Assembly: GCA_020629635.1 (NCBI GenBank)
Contig: JAHDCX010000002.1
Location: 25,591-89,590 of the forward strand
Length of the DNA: 64,000 nt
Direction of reading: 5' to 3'
Source: Acidimicrobiales bacterium
GTDB lineage: Bacteria > Actinomycetota > Acidimicrobiia > Acidimicrobiales > SHLQ01
The notes under the pieces are model-generated. The model was not told where the DNA came from and did not search any database. It was given only the letters and a program-made list of their open reading frames with translations. A program made the position numbers and the translations under genes. Positions 1 to 8,993 of the stretch are shown here, one piece after another (the stretch's first letter is position 1; each line of letters opens with the position of its first letter).

Positions 1-145
1 CGCGTTCGACACGATCCGCAAGGATGTCGACGTCGAGTGCGTCGTCTTCGAGCTGCGCGAGGATCGAGTCGAGCTCGTCGATCGCTGATGCGTAGGCGAG
101 TTGCTCGTCGTCGGGTTGCTCGGTCGGGGTCGAGGTCGAAGTCAT
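1..145 (-). CDS. xseB: Exodeoxyribonuclease VII small subunit (gene runs off the left edge; N-terminal part in window)
   Basis: Reverse-strand translation from ATG at 145-143 gives MTSTSTPTEQPDDEQLAYASAIDELDSILAQLEDDALDVDILADRVER, the XseB helical pattern. ATGA start/stop overlap with xseA. Confidence 0.7.
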   Translation of the reverse strand, partial: MTSTSTPTEQPDDEQLAYASAIDELDSILAQLEDDALDVDILADRVER

Positions 146-1530
146 CGGATCTGCTCTTCTGGCGCTGTTGGCGCCGGCGTTGGGTCGGGGTCGGTCATCG
201 TGACCGACGAGATGATCGTTCCGTCGGCGACGCGCGTGACGAGTGTGTCGTCTGGTGCGCAAACCGTCGTGGATCGAACGAGAACTCCGTCGCTGGTCCG
301 GGTGATCGACCAGCCACGGGCGAGCAGCACGGACGGGTCCGATGCACGACGCCGGATCTCGCACCGCTCCAGGGCGGCCTCTGCGTCGCGGAGGCATCGT
401 CTGGCGAGATCCGGGAGTCGCTCGCTTCGGGCGTCGAGTCGGAGGTCGGCGACGACGAGGCCGTCTCGCCCAGCTCGCGCGGCGCGGCGAGCGTCCCGGG
501 TGATGCGATCGTCCGCGGTGGCCAGGGCCGACTCGGCGACGTAGCGGACCCCCGACCAGCGTTGTTCGATGGCCTCGAGATAGCGGCCGACCATCCCCGT
601 CAGCGCTGCGGCGACGGCCGTGGGCGTCTTGAGATTGGTGTGGGCGACTTCGTCGCAGACGGATCGGTCCATCTCGTGTCCGATGCCGGTGATGACCGGG
701 ACGGGCGCGTCGGCGATCGTGCGTGCGAGGCGCTCGTTGTCGAACACGGACAGGTCGCCGCGTGAACCACCCCCACGTATCAGCGCGATGACATCGACGG
801 GCTCGCGATACATCGCCCGCAGTCCGGCGATCAGCGCGAACGGGGCGAGCTCGCCCTGCACCCGGGCGTCGACGGCCGTGACCCGAAAGGCGAATCCCGA
901 CCCGTCGAGCTCGGTGAGAAAGTCGCCGGCGGCCGCGCTGATTGCACTCGTCACGAGTCCGACCCGGAGTGGAACCATCGGGACCGGTCGTTCCTTGTTG
1001 GTCTTCGTGACCCCTTCGGCGTGCAGTCGGGCGATGAGCGCGTCACGTTCGGCGGCCATCGCCGCCAGGAGGTATCGCGGATCGATGCCGGTCATGCGGA
1101 GCTGGAGGCGTCCTTGGGGGGCGTAGAAGTCGACCGCGGCCCGAATGCGCACGGCCATGCCATCGGTGAGCCGACCCACGTTCTGCCGCTTGAGTTGGGC
1201 ATTTACGATCTGGCGCGTCTGGGCGAAGAGCACGACCGAAATCTTGGCCGTGGACGGTGTGCCGGGATCAGACGGTTCGATCAGGTCGAAGTACACGTGG
1301 CCCGCCCTCGAACGATTGAGGTTGGAGATCTCCCCTTCGACCCAGAGGTCGTTCGGGAAGAGCTGTTCGACCGCCCCGGCGATCAGTGCGCCGACTTGCG
1401 CGACCGAGTAGCTCGTTTCGCCGCGGGGTGGTGGCGGGGGATCGTCGGAGAAGAGTTCGTCCACTGCTCGATGACGGTAGCAACCACGTCGGACACGACC
1501 CCGCGACCGTCCTCGGCCGGGTGAGCGCAT
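142..1530 (-). CDS. xseA: Exodeoxyribonuclease VII large subunit
   Basis: ORF 142..1566. OB-fold N-terminus (LWVEGEISNLNRSRAGHVYFDLIE) and catalytic core (LIRGGGSRGDLSVFDNE) are typical of XseA. Start is uncertain; candidates are 1530 ATG, 1464 GTG and 1566. Confidence 0.85.
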   Translation of the reverse strand: MRSPGRGRSRGRVRRGCYRHRAVDELFSDDPPPPPRGETSYSVAQVGALIAGAVEQLFPNDLWVEGEISNLNRSRAGHVYFDLIEPSDPGTPSTAKISVVLFAQTRQIVNAQLKRQNVGRLTDGMAVRIRAAVDFYAPQGRLQLRMTGIDPRYLLAAMAAERDALIARLHAEGVTKTNKERPVPMVPLRVGLVTSAISAAAGDFLTELDGSGFAFRVTAVDARVQGELAPFALIAGLRAMYREPVDVIALIRGGGSRGDLSVFDNERLARTIADAPVPVITGIGHEMDRSVCDEVAHTNLKTPTAVAAALTGMVGRYLEAIEQRWSGVRYVAESALATADDRITRDARRAARAGRDGLVVADLRLDARSERLPDLARRCLRDAEAALERCEIRRRASDPSVLLARGWSITRTSDGVLVRSTTVCAPDDTLVTRVADGTIISSVTMTDPDPTPAPTAPEEQIR

Positions 1531-1603
1531 CACCTCGCCCCGGTGTATCGACGTTGCGTGGATCAATGTTGATCAATGTTGCCGGCACCGTACCGTCGAG
1601 GCC

Positions 1604-2782
1604 ATGGACGAACGCCGCATGTTGACCACCGCCGAGACCGCCGCACGGCTCGGCGTGAAGCGAGAGACGCTCTACGCCTACGTGAGTCGTGGCATTCTCG
1701 AACGCACCGTCTCCGCCGACGGCCGAACCAGCCTGTACGACCCCGCCGACGTCGATTCCCTCCGAGCTGGGCGACGGACCGACACCCGGGGCGAGCTGCA
1801 CACGCTGATCGCCACTCGCATCACCCGGGTCGACGACGGCGGACTCGCCTACCGAGGTACGCCGCTCGGTGACCTACTCCGGCAGGGCGGTGACTTCGTC
1901 TCGATCGCCGAGCGCCTGTGGGACGCCGAGCCCGAGCCGTGGCCCGCGCCGCGGAGTCACACGATTCCGCCCGACCTCGACCCGATCGACGCCATCCGGA
2001 TGTCGGTCATTGCGGGATCGGCCGCCGACAAGATGCGCCACGATCGATCGCCGCGTGCGGTTGCGGCGATGGGTCGTTCGATCATCACCGACATGGTCCA
2101 CGCCGTTTGCTCGCTCAGTGATTCTCGGGATGCATCGGGGTCTGACCCCACGGCAGTGCCGGCGATCGCTGGCCTGGTGTGGCACGGGCTCGCCCGACGC
2201 GAGCCGACCGCAGCCGAGCTCCGGCTCGTCGACACGCTGCTCGCCTCGCTCGCCGACCACGGCCTTGCGTCGAGCACGTTTGCGGTTCGGGTCGCAGCTT
2301 CGGCTCGCGCGGATCCGTACTCGGCGGTGCTCGCCGGGCTCGGGGTCCTCGGCGGAACGCTCCACGGCGCCGCGAGTGCCGACGTGCACGAGCTCTTCGT
2401 CGATGCCGCCTCGGGTGATCCCGAGATCGCCATCAGCAGGGCGCAGCAGAGACTCGGTCGGACGCCGGGCTGGGGCCACACCGTCTACACCCAGACCGAC
2501 CCGAGGTTCGAGCCAGTCATGGCCCGAATCCTCGACGCATGGGGGGACGACCGCCGCATGCGCACCATCCAGCGCGTTCGAGACGTCGTGAACGCCCGGA
2601 CCGGCGGCGTCGAGAACATCGACCTCGCTGTCGGGGCGCTGACCTGGCTCGCCGACATGCCGTCGAGCGCCGGCGAGGTCTTCTTTGCCATCAGCCGAAC
2701 TGCCGGCTGGATCGCGCACGCCATGGAGGAATACGGCGAAGCGCCGCTGCGCTTTCGCCCCCACGCCCGCTACGTCGCCTGA
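1604..2782 (+). CDS. Citrate synthase-like protein with N-terminal excisionase/MerR-type HTH
   Basis: N-terminus LTTAETAARLGVKRETLYAYVSRGIL is an HTH_17-like motif. The rest carries citrate-synthase motifs GTLHGAA, PGWGHTVYTQTDPR and ENIDLAVG. Confidence 0.8.
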   Translation: MDERRMLTTAETAARLGVKRETLYAYVSRGILERTVSADGRTSLYDPADVDSLRAGRRTDTRGELHTLIATRITRVDDGGLAYRGTPLGDLLRQGGDFVSIAERLWDAEPEPWPAPRSHTIPPDLDPIDAIRMSVIAGSAADKMRHDRSPRAVAAMGRSIITDMVHAVCSLSDSRDASGSDPTAVPAIAGLVWHGLARREPTAAELRLVDTLLASLADHGLASSTFAVRVAASARADPYSAVLAGLGVLGGTLHGAASADVHELFVDAASGDPEIAISRAQQRLGRTPGWGHTVYTQTDPRFEPVMARILDAWGDDRRMRTIQRVRDVVNARTGGVENIDLAVGALTWLADMPSSAGEVFFAISRTAGWIAHAMEEYGEAPLRFRPHARYVA

Positions 2783-2855
2783 GGCGGCCCCTCGGATCGG
2801 CTCGGGTCAGACCCCGGCGCACGGACGTCGGCGCATTGTCTCAGTCGGCATTGCC

Positions 2856-3740
2856 TTAGTCGGCGAGCGCGACCTCGATCCGGTCCTGATGCCATTCGGT
2901 GGCCGCCTCGAGGGCTTCGCTGGCCTTGCCGACCAGATCCCGGACCTCGAACGCGTGCGCCGGATAACACGCAACGCCGGCCCACACGATGAGGTTGGCG
3001 TGTTCTTCGGACAACCGGCGTCGGATCCGCTCGACTGACCACACCGCACCGTTCTCTGGCGTGTCCTCGAGCACCAGCGCATACAAGCCTTTGCTGGTGC
3101 GGCACGTCGTGTCGGATTCTCGCAGCGTCGCCACGAGATGATCGGCGATCAACTGTGGTTCGGCCTGTCGCTGTTCGCCGGATGGCATGACCTCGACGAT
3201 CTCCATCAACACGACGGCGACCGGGCGAAGGTGGCGGCGAGCCGCGGCCACCCGCGCCTCGACCGCGGCGCGGAAGTAGTTCTCCGTGTACAGCCCGGTG
3301 TCGGGGTCGGTGATCATGTTGCGCGGTTGAGCACCCGACTGCTGTACCGACAGCTCGGCGCGGATCTGATCCTCGACCCGCTTGGTTCGTTCTTCTTCGG
3401 CCGCCTGTGTTGCGGACAACTCTTCCGACAGCGAGCGGACGGCGTCCTCGGCGGTGATCCGTGCCTGGACCTGGGAGGTGACCGTCTCTTCGAGGCCGAT
3501 CATCTGCTTCTGCTCCATCGCCAGGCGTCGTTCGGTGTCCGACGCTTGGCGGGTGACGACCCAGCCGATCAGCCCGGCGCCGAGCGAGGCGACGCCAGCG
3601 AACACGCCGAGGTAGGCGCCCTGGGCCGTGGCGAGCAGGCCGAGCACGAAGCCGGTGATGCCGACGGAAAGCGACACGAATGCACGGGGGTCCAACGCGA
3701 CGATTCCTTCCTGCTCGTTGGTTGAGGTGGTCGATGCCAT
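2856..3740 (-). CDS. Membrane protein with coiled coil and degenerate GGDEF-like domain
   Basis: ORF 2856..3857. I prefer the internal ATG at 3740 (MASTTSTNEQ) because it avoids overlap with aat. C-terminus DPDTGLYTENYF...SKGLYALVLED aligns to a GGDEF fold with the GGDEF signature replaced. Confidence 0.6.
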   Translation of the reverse strand: MASTTSTNEQEGIVALDPRAFVSLSVGITGFVLGLLATAQGAYLGVFAGVASLGAGLIGWVVTRQASDTERRLAMEQKQMIGLEETVTSQVQARITAEDAVRSLSEELSATQAAEEERTKRVEDQIRAELSVQQSGAQPRNMITDPDTGLYTENYFRAAVEARVAAARRHLRPVAVVLMEIVEVMPSGEQRQAEPQLIADHLVATLRESDTTCRTSKGLYALVLEDTPENGAVWSVERIRRRLSEEHANLIVWAGVACYPAHAFEVRDLVGKASEALEAATEWHQDRIEVALAD

Positions 3741-3772
3741 CGTGACACCTACGGCTCGAAAGCCGGCGATCT

Positions 3773-4447
3773 TCAGACCGCGTTCTCCAGTCGACGAAGG
3801 TAGTCGGCTCGTGATAGGTCGATGGCGCCAAGACTCTGAAGATGTGGAGTCATCCACTGGACGTCGAAAAGCACGACGCCCGTGTCTCGGAGCACCTCGC
3901 AGAGATGCACGAGCGCGGCCTTCGACGCGTCCGTCTCGGTGTGAAACATCGATTCGCCGGCAAAGAATCGGCCGATCCCGATCCCGTAGACCCCGCCCAC
4001 CAGGTTTCCGTTGGCGTCACGGGTCTCGACCGAGTGCGCCCAGCCGAGCTCATGAAGACGGATGTAGGCCTGCATCATCTGCGAGTCGATCCAACCGTGG
4101 GGCCGATCGGGGTTGGCGCAGCTGCGCATGACCTCCTCGAACGCCGTGTTCGAGGTGAAGGTGAAGCGGCGCATGGAGCGTTGAAGCGAACGCGAGACAT
4201 GGAGTCCGTCAACCGGGATGACGGCGCGGGGGTCGGGCGACCACCAGGCAACCGGGCCGTCGGGCTCGAGCGGCATCGGAAACAGGCCGTGCGCGTAGGC
4301 GGTGAGAATCGTGCCCGGCTCCAGGTCGGCCCCGATGCCGACGACGCCGTGCTCATCGGCCGAGTCCGCCGGGGGAAACACCCACGAGGTGTCGTACGAC
4401 GCCGAAGTCACGTCACGATTCTGCCCGCTGCACGACGAGTTCCGCAT
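3773..4447 (-). CDS. aat: Leucyl/phenylalanyl-tRNA--protein transferase
   Basis: Motifs AYAHGLFPMP, WWSPDPRAVIP, GGVYGIGIGRFFAGESMFH. Start is uncertain (4447 or 4546). Confidence 0.85.
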   Translation of the reverse strand: MRNSSCSGQNRDVTSASYDTSWVFPPADSADEHGVVGIGADLEPGTILTAYAHGLFPMPLEPDGPVAWWSPDPRAVIPVDGLHVSRSLQRSMRRFTFTSNTAFEEVMRSCANPDRPHGWIDSQMMQAYIRLHELGWAHSVETRDANGNLVGGVYGIGIGRFFAGESMFHTETDASKAALVHLCEVLRDTGVVLFDVQWMTPHLQSLGAIDLSRADYLRRLENAV

Positions 4448-4487
4448 GGATTCAAGCGGCTCACCCGCAGCGCCGATCGTGAAGTTG

Positions 4488-5021
4488 ATGGCGATAGTGC
4501 TCGTGCTCAGCCCCGTCTTGCTTGCGTGGGTATCGATCCTGAGCAACTCGTTCGCGGTCCGACTGGCGCTTTCGGAGCGGGGTCGAACGTGGATCGCCGA
4601 ACGGCTTTTGGCTTCTGTGCCGTCGCTGTCTGGGGCTTCTCCGCTGGTCGTCTATGTCTCAGACAGCCCGCTTCCCGTCGCATTCGGGGATGGAATCGGT
4701 GCGTTCGTGATTTCGCCATCGGATGGCGCGGTCAGCGGCGTGATCTCGCGTGACGGGTACCAGGAGTTCGCCAGCGTGCAGATCCGCGTGATTCATACCC
4801 GTCGTCAGTGGACCTTCTACCGAAGGTCAGTGCGGATCAGCTACACCACCGTGTCTGGCAGACGGGCTGACCGGTCCGTGTTCATCAGCCGAAGCGACGC
4901 TGAGCAGCTCGTGCGTGGTTGTGCCCAGTTCGAGGCGTTGCATGACGTGGCTGGATCAGTGCCAGGTCGGAGCGGAATCTGCCAGTGTCAAGGAACCTCG
5001 CTGGATGTCCGATTCTATTGA
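4488..5021 (+). CDS. Hypothetical membrane-anchored protein (lower GC3 than neighbours)
   Basis: Part of ORF 4302..5021 downstream of aat. N-terminal hydrophobic helix MAIVLVLSPVLLAWVSIL. By hand count third-position GC is roughly 70 percent, still coding-like. No recognisable domain. Confidence 0.35.
   Translation: MAIVLVLSPVLLAWVSILSNSFAVRLALSERGRTWIAERLLASVPSLSGASPLVVYVSDSPLPVAFGDGIGAFVISPSDGAVSGVISRDGYQEFASVQIRVIHTRRQWTFYRRSVRISYTTVSGRRADRSVFISRSDAEQLVRGCAQFEALHDVAGSVPGRSGICQCQGTSLDVRFY
4936..4962. repeat. Direct repeat copy 1 (27 nt, 1 mismatch; 20 nt exact core tgacgtggctggatcagtgc)
   Basis: Core at 4943-4962 is identical to 5521-5540. The flanking cgttgc also matches. Confidence 0.8.
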
Positions 5022-5045
5022 GGCGGCCGCGGCGGAGGAACAAAG

Positions 5046-5504
5046 ATGCATCGAGCGGAACTCGAGAGAATCGTTCACGAGCTTGAGCGAGAGGACGTTC
5101 GGCACGCCTGTGCTCTCTCGACCGGCTTCGCGCCGGGCACGGAGGTGCTATTCGCCATCCTTGTTGCGACTCCGGTTGCCATCGCCGGATCAATCGTCAG
5201 CAACGTGTTTCTAGCTGTTGCGGGTTCGGTCGTGGTTGCACTCCTTGTTCGCGGTGTGCGCCGAAATCTGATTGCCGTAGTTACCGACACCGAACTGCTG
5301 ATGTTCGCGAAGGCCCGACTTTGGCCTCGGTCGAAACGGCACCCGGTCGCTTCCGCACAACAGCTCACCGGTCTGGACCTGCGAATCCACCGTGAGTCCC
5401 GCGGCAGCATCGAGCTGTTGCTGAATGGGCATCGAAGATTCTGGGCGGGTCCCGAGGCTGCTCAGGACGCTCGTCGTCTCGTCGAACTTGTCGCTGCAAT
5501 CTGA
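5046..5504 (+). CDS. Hypothetical two-TM protein, possible bacterial PH-like C-terminus
   Basis: ORF 5046..5504. Two hydrophobic segments (VLFAILVATPVAIAGSIV, FLAVAGSVVVALLV) followed by a soluble tail. GC3 is lower than in flanking genes. Confidence 0.4.
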   Translation: MHRAELERIVHELEREDVRHACALSTGFAPGTEVLFAILVATPVAIAGSIVSNVFLAVAGSVVVALLVRGVRRNLIAVVTDTELLMFAKARLWPRSKRHPVASAQQLTGLDLRIHRESRGSIELLLNGHRRFWAGPEAAQDARRLVELVAAI

Positions 5505-5513
5505 CGCGTGTGT

Positions 5514-5540
5514 CGTTGCTTGACGTGGCTGGATCAGTGC
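5514..5540. repeat. Direct repeat copy 2
   Basis: Same 27-mer as 4936-4962. It contains the stop codon (5534-5536) of the minus-strand methyltransferase gene. Confidence 0.8.
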
Positions 5541-6070
5541 GCTCCACCACCTCGGGCTGACGAGCTCGGGATCCAGCAGCGGACGGAGTCGCAGTAGTCG
5601 ACGTAGGGCTGCCCGAAACGCGCCGTCAGATCCTGTTCTTCCGCAGGTCGAACCCAGACGTGCCACAGCGCAGCGCTGAGGATCGTCGCCGCGAACACTG
5701 CCGGCGAGCCGAGGATCACCCCCACCGCGAAAGATTGGATCGTGCCTGCCACCGCCATGGGATTTCGAATCCATCGGTACGGCCCAGCAATCACCAGGTT
5801 GCGTGCCGTGTCGAGCGGGAGGGGCGTGCCCTCGCCGACCCGCGCCATCACGTAGCCCGATCGCAGCCCCAGACTGCCGCCCGCGATGAACAGCGCGACG
5901 CCGACCGGCGTCGACCCCGCAAAGGACCAGATGCCCATCGCCTCGGCCACGCGATGCACCAGCCAGGGTCCGACGACCAGGAAGATCGTCCACATGACGG
6001 CGGTCTGGAGCATCGTCTTGGTGTAGTTCCACCCGAAGCTCGCTTCGCTCGCGACACGAAAGAGCTTCAT
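5534..6070 (-). CDS. ICMT/phospholipid methyltransferase-family membrane methyltransferase
   Basis: ORF 5534..6271, start taken at MKLFRVASE (6070). Motif GPYRWIRNPMAVAG is typical of the ICMT/PEMT family. ATGA overlap with the upstream gene. Confidence 0.7.
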   Translation of the reverse strand: MKLFRVASEASFGWNYTKTMLQTAVMWTIFLVVGPWLVHRVAEAMGIWSFAGSTPVGVALFIAGGSLGLRSGYVMARVGEGTPLPLDTARNLVIAGPYRWIRNPMAVAGTIQSFAVGVILGSPAVFAATILSAALWHVWVRPAEEQDLTARFGQPYVDYCDSVRCWIPSSSARGGGAH

Positions 6071-6453
6071 GTGGCCGTGCCGGCCCGCGGCCAAACCGTC
6101 GCGACTGCGGCGGAGGTCAGCACGAGCGAGCCCAACATTGCAATGGCACCGGACCATTCGCCAACGGAGCCGAACGACCACGAGATCGCAAGGACCGTTG
6201 CGTAGGCGGTGGCGCCGACGGTGACCAAACCAACCACGCCAGCGAGCGAGTGCTGCCGCCGGATCATCCATCCGGTGAGGATCGATCCACCTGCGAAGAA
6301 CACGAGGTCGGCGGCGAGGATCGTTCGAGCGGTGTCCCAGCCTCCGTTCGAGAAGAAGACGCGCCTGAACGGATCACTCGCGAACAGTGCAGCCCACCAC
6401 GCAAGGCCGGCGATCCCCTGGGCGATCAGGTAGACAGCCGACAGACGTGCCAC
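6067..6453 (-). CDS. Hypothetical integral membrane protein (about 4 TM)
   Basis: ORF 6067..6453. Hydrophobic throughout and translationally coupled to the methyltransferase. Confidence 0.5.
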   Translation of the reverse strand: MARLSAVYLIAQGIAGLAWWAALFASDPFRRVFFSNGGWDTARTILAADLVFFAGGSILTGWMIRRQHSLAGVVGLVTVGATAYATVLAISWSFGSVGEWSGAIAMLGSLVLTSAAVATVWPRAGTAT

Positions 6454-6456
6454 GAC

Positions 6457-7224
6457 TCAGTGCTCGTGGAGTTGGCGAAGGAACTGTTTGGCGCGGTCGG
6501 TTTGGGGGTTGTCGAGCACGTCGCTCGGCGGGCCTTCTTCTACCACGACGCCGCCGTCCATGAACACCACCCGGTCCGCCACCTCGTGAGCGAACGAGAT
6601 CTCGTGGGTGACGATCATCATCGTCATGCCCTCGTCGGCGAGCGTTCGCATGACGTCGAGCACCTCGCCGATGAGCTCGGGGTCGAGCGCCGAGGTCGGC
6701 TCGTCGAAGAGCATCATGTCGGGCTGCATGCACAGCGCCCGGGCGATGGCGACCCGCTGTTGCTGGCCGCCGGAGAGGTGCGACGGGTACGCCTCGACCT
6801 TGTCGGCGAGGCCGACGCGGCCGAGCATCTCCTTGGCGTAGGCGTTGGCGGCCGCCTTGTCCTGCTTGAGCACCCCCACGGGGCCGATCGTGAGGTTGCG
6901 CAACACGGTCAGGTGCGGGAACAGATTGAACTGCTGGAAGACCATGCCGATGCGGGTGCGCAGCTTGTCGACGTCGGCATCCGGGTGGGTGATGTCCTCG
7001 CCCTCGATGAGGATCTGGCCTGCCTGGGATTCTTCGAGCCGGTTGATGCATCGCAGCAACGTCGACTTGCCCGAACCCGACGGGCCGATCACGCAGACGA
7101 CTTCGCCCGGGTCGACGTGGAAGTCGATGCCCTTCAACACCTCGAGCTCATCGAAGCGCTTGTGCAGCTCGCGCACCGCGATCGCGGGCCCTTCGTAGGC
7201 AAGGGGATGGGTCGAGTCCGTCAT
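6457..7224 (-). CDS. Polar amino-acid ABC transporter ATP-binding protein
   Basis: Start MTDSTHPL at 7224. Walker [10 protein letters not shown], signature [15 protein letters not shown], Walker [13 protein letters not shown]. Confidence 0.9.
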   Translation of the reverse strand: MTDSTHPLAYEGPAIAVRELHKRFDELEVLKGIDFHVDPGEVVCVIGPSGSGKSTLLRCINRLEESQAGQILIEGEDITHPDADVDKLRTRIGMVFQQFNLFPHLTVLRNLTIGPVGVLKQDKAAANAYAKEMLGRVGLADKVEAYPSHLSGGQQQRVAIARALCMQPDMMLFDEPTSALDPELIGEVLDVMRTLADEGMTMMIVTHEISFAHEVADRVVFMDGGVVVEEGPPSDVLDNPQTDRAKQFLRQLHEH

Positions 7225-8012
7225 CGTGCCTTCGCCGCCGACTTCTCGAGACGCCGCACCAGGAACGTGAGCGGCAGGGTGATGAGGAGGTAGAGGATGG
7301 CGGCGACGGTGAGCGGGGTGGCGTTCTTGGTGAGGTTCATGAAGTCGCGGCTGAACTTCGTGAGCTCTTTCGAGTCCACGGTCGAGCCGAGCACGAAGAA
7401 CAGCGACGTGTCCTTGATCAGCAGGACCAGCTCGTTGGTGAGCGGCGGGATGATGATCCGGAACGCCTGCGGAAGAATGATGGTGAACATCGTGCGGGTC
7501 TTGGACATGCCGAGACTGCGAGCGGCTTCGCTCTGGCCCTTCGGCACCGCTTCGATGCCGGCACGGATCGTCTCGGCCATGTAGGCACCGGCGACGATCG
7601 CCAGACCCATCGACCCTGCGCCGAGCGTGCCGCCCGGGATCGACCAACTGAACGCGAGCGGGATGCCGAATCCGATGAAGATCAGCGTGATGAGCGCCGG
7701 CAGTCCCCGAAACAGTTCGATGTAGCCGATGGCGAACGCCCGGAACGGCACGACTGTCGACAGGCGCATGAGTGCCAGGACGAGCGCGAAGATCAGGCCG
7801 ATCCCGAAGCTCAGGGCCGTGTAGATGATCGTGTTCCGAACGCCGATCAGGATCACGTCCGGGAACATGTCGGCCATGATCTCGGTGTTGAAGAAGTTCC
7901 GTCCGATGCGTTCCCAGTCCGCCGCGAAGGCGACGACCAGCGCGATCACGGCGGCGAGCGCGTACATCGACGTGACGTAGATGCGGGTCTTTTGTCGCGG
8001 GGTCAGGTCCAT
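7221..8012 (-). CDS. Amino-acid ABC transporter permease
   Basis: Start MDLTPRQK at 8012. His/Glu/Gln/Arg-type permease features ([22 protein letters not shown]). ATGA overlap with the ATPase gene. Confidence 0.85.
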   Translation of the reverse strand: MDLTPRQKTRIYVTSMYALAAVIALVVAFAADWERIGRNFFNTEIMADMFPDVILIGVRNTIIYTALSFGIGLIFALVLALMRLSTVVPFRAFAIGYIELFRGLPALITLIFIGFGIPLAFSWSIPGGTLGAGSMGLAIVAGAYMAETIRAGIEAVPKGQSEAARSLGMSKTRTMFTIILPQAFRIIIPPLTNELVLLIKDTSLFFVLGSTVDSKELTKFSRDFMNLTKNATPLTVAAILYLLITLPLTFLVRRLEKSAAKAR

Positions 8013-8127
8013 GGTTCGGCGATCATGATCGGACGGTCGGAAGCGATGGGAAAAGTGGACCGGGCGGACCCGAAGGCCCGCCCGGTGCAAATCTCACACG
8101 AGAGACTCGTCGAGCGAGTCGGCCCGA

Positions 8128-8895
8128 TCAGGCCGAGAAGTACTCGTCGAAGATCTCGTCGTAGGTGCCGTCGTTGATGAGCTTGATGAGGCTCTCGTTG
8201 ACCGCTTCGAGAAGCGCCTCCGAGCCCTCTTCCTTCACGGCCATGCCGTACTCCTCATCGGTGGCGTAGGTGTCGATGACCATGCCGATGCCCGGGTTGT
8301 CGTCGGCGTAGCCCTGGTTGCCGACGAGGTCGGTGATCACACCGTCGACGTCGCCAGCCTGAAGGGCGAGGTACGGACCAGCGGCGTCCTCGAACGAGAC
8401 GAGCTCGTTGCTGAGGTTCTCCTGGGCGTAGAGCTCACCGGTAGTGCCGCTCTGCACGGCGATCTTGCCGATGTCGTCGGCGCTGGAGCCGCCGGTTGCT
8501 TCGAGCACGTACAGCGACTGCTCGGCCTCGAAGTAGGCGTCGGTGAAGTCGATGTTCTCTTCACGCTCGGCGGTGATCGTGATCGACGCGGCCGAGATGT
8601 CGCACTGGCCGGTCTCCATGGCGAGACCCGAGGTGATCGCGTCCCAACCCGGCGTGACGACCTGGATGTCGAGACCGAGGTCCTCAGCGATGGCGGCCGA
8701 GAGATCCATGTCGAATCCAGCGAAGCCGAACGGGCTGTCCGGGTCCTCGTACTCCATCGGTGGGTACGGGGCGTCGGTGCAGACGGTGAGCGTGCCCTCG
8801 TTGACGAGACCGAATTCGCTTTCCGAGTCGTCGCCGCATGCGGCGGCGATCAGGCTCAGCGCGAGTACGGCGAACATGAGCTTGATGAGTTTCAT
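8128..8895 (-). CDS. Amino-acid ABC transporter substrate-binding lipoprotein
   Basis: Start MKLIKLMFAVLALSLIAAACGDD (lipobox Cys). Strong SD caggaggaa upstream. Family-3 SBP fold features. Confidence 0.85.
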   Translation of the reverse strand: MKLIKLMFAVLALSLIAAACGDDSESEFGLVNEGTLTVCTDAPYPPMEYEDPDSPFGFAGFDMDLSAAIAEDLGLDIQVVTPGWDAITSGLAMETGQCDISAASITITAEREENIDFTDAYFEAEQSLYVLEATGGSSADDIGKIAVQSGTTGELYAQENLSNELVSFEDAAGPYLALQAGDVDGVITDLVGNQGYADDNPGIGMVIDTYATDEEYGMAVKEEGSEALLEAVNESLIKLINDGTYDEIFDEYFSA

Positions 8896-8993
8896 GGCGG
8901 GTTCCTCCTGTAGGCGCGCCAACGCTAGCCCCACCCATCACGTGGTCCCATATCGCGCGGAACAAGTGCTCATCCACCGTTAACGTTCGGTTC

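Noticed and set aside
5759-5772. gggatttcgaatcc, which resembles a tRNA T-arm.
   Set aside because: It lies inside the methyltransferase CDS (codons for RWIRNP). No acceptor or anticodon stems can be built around it.
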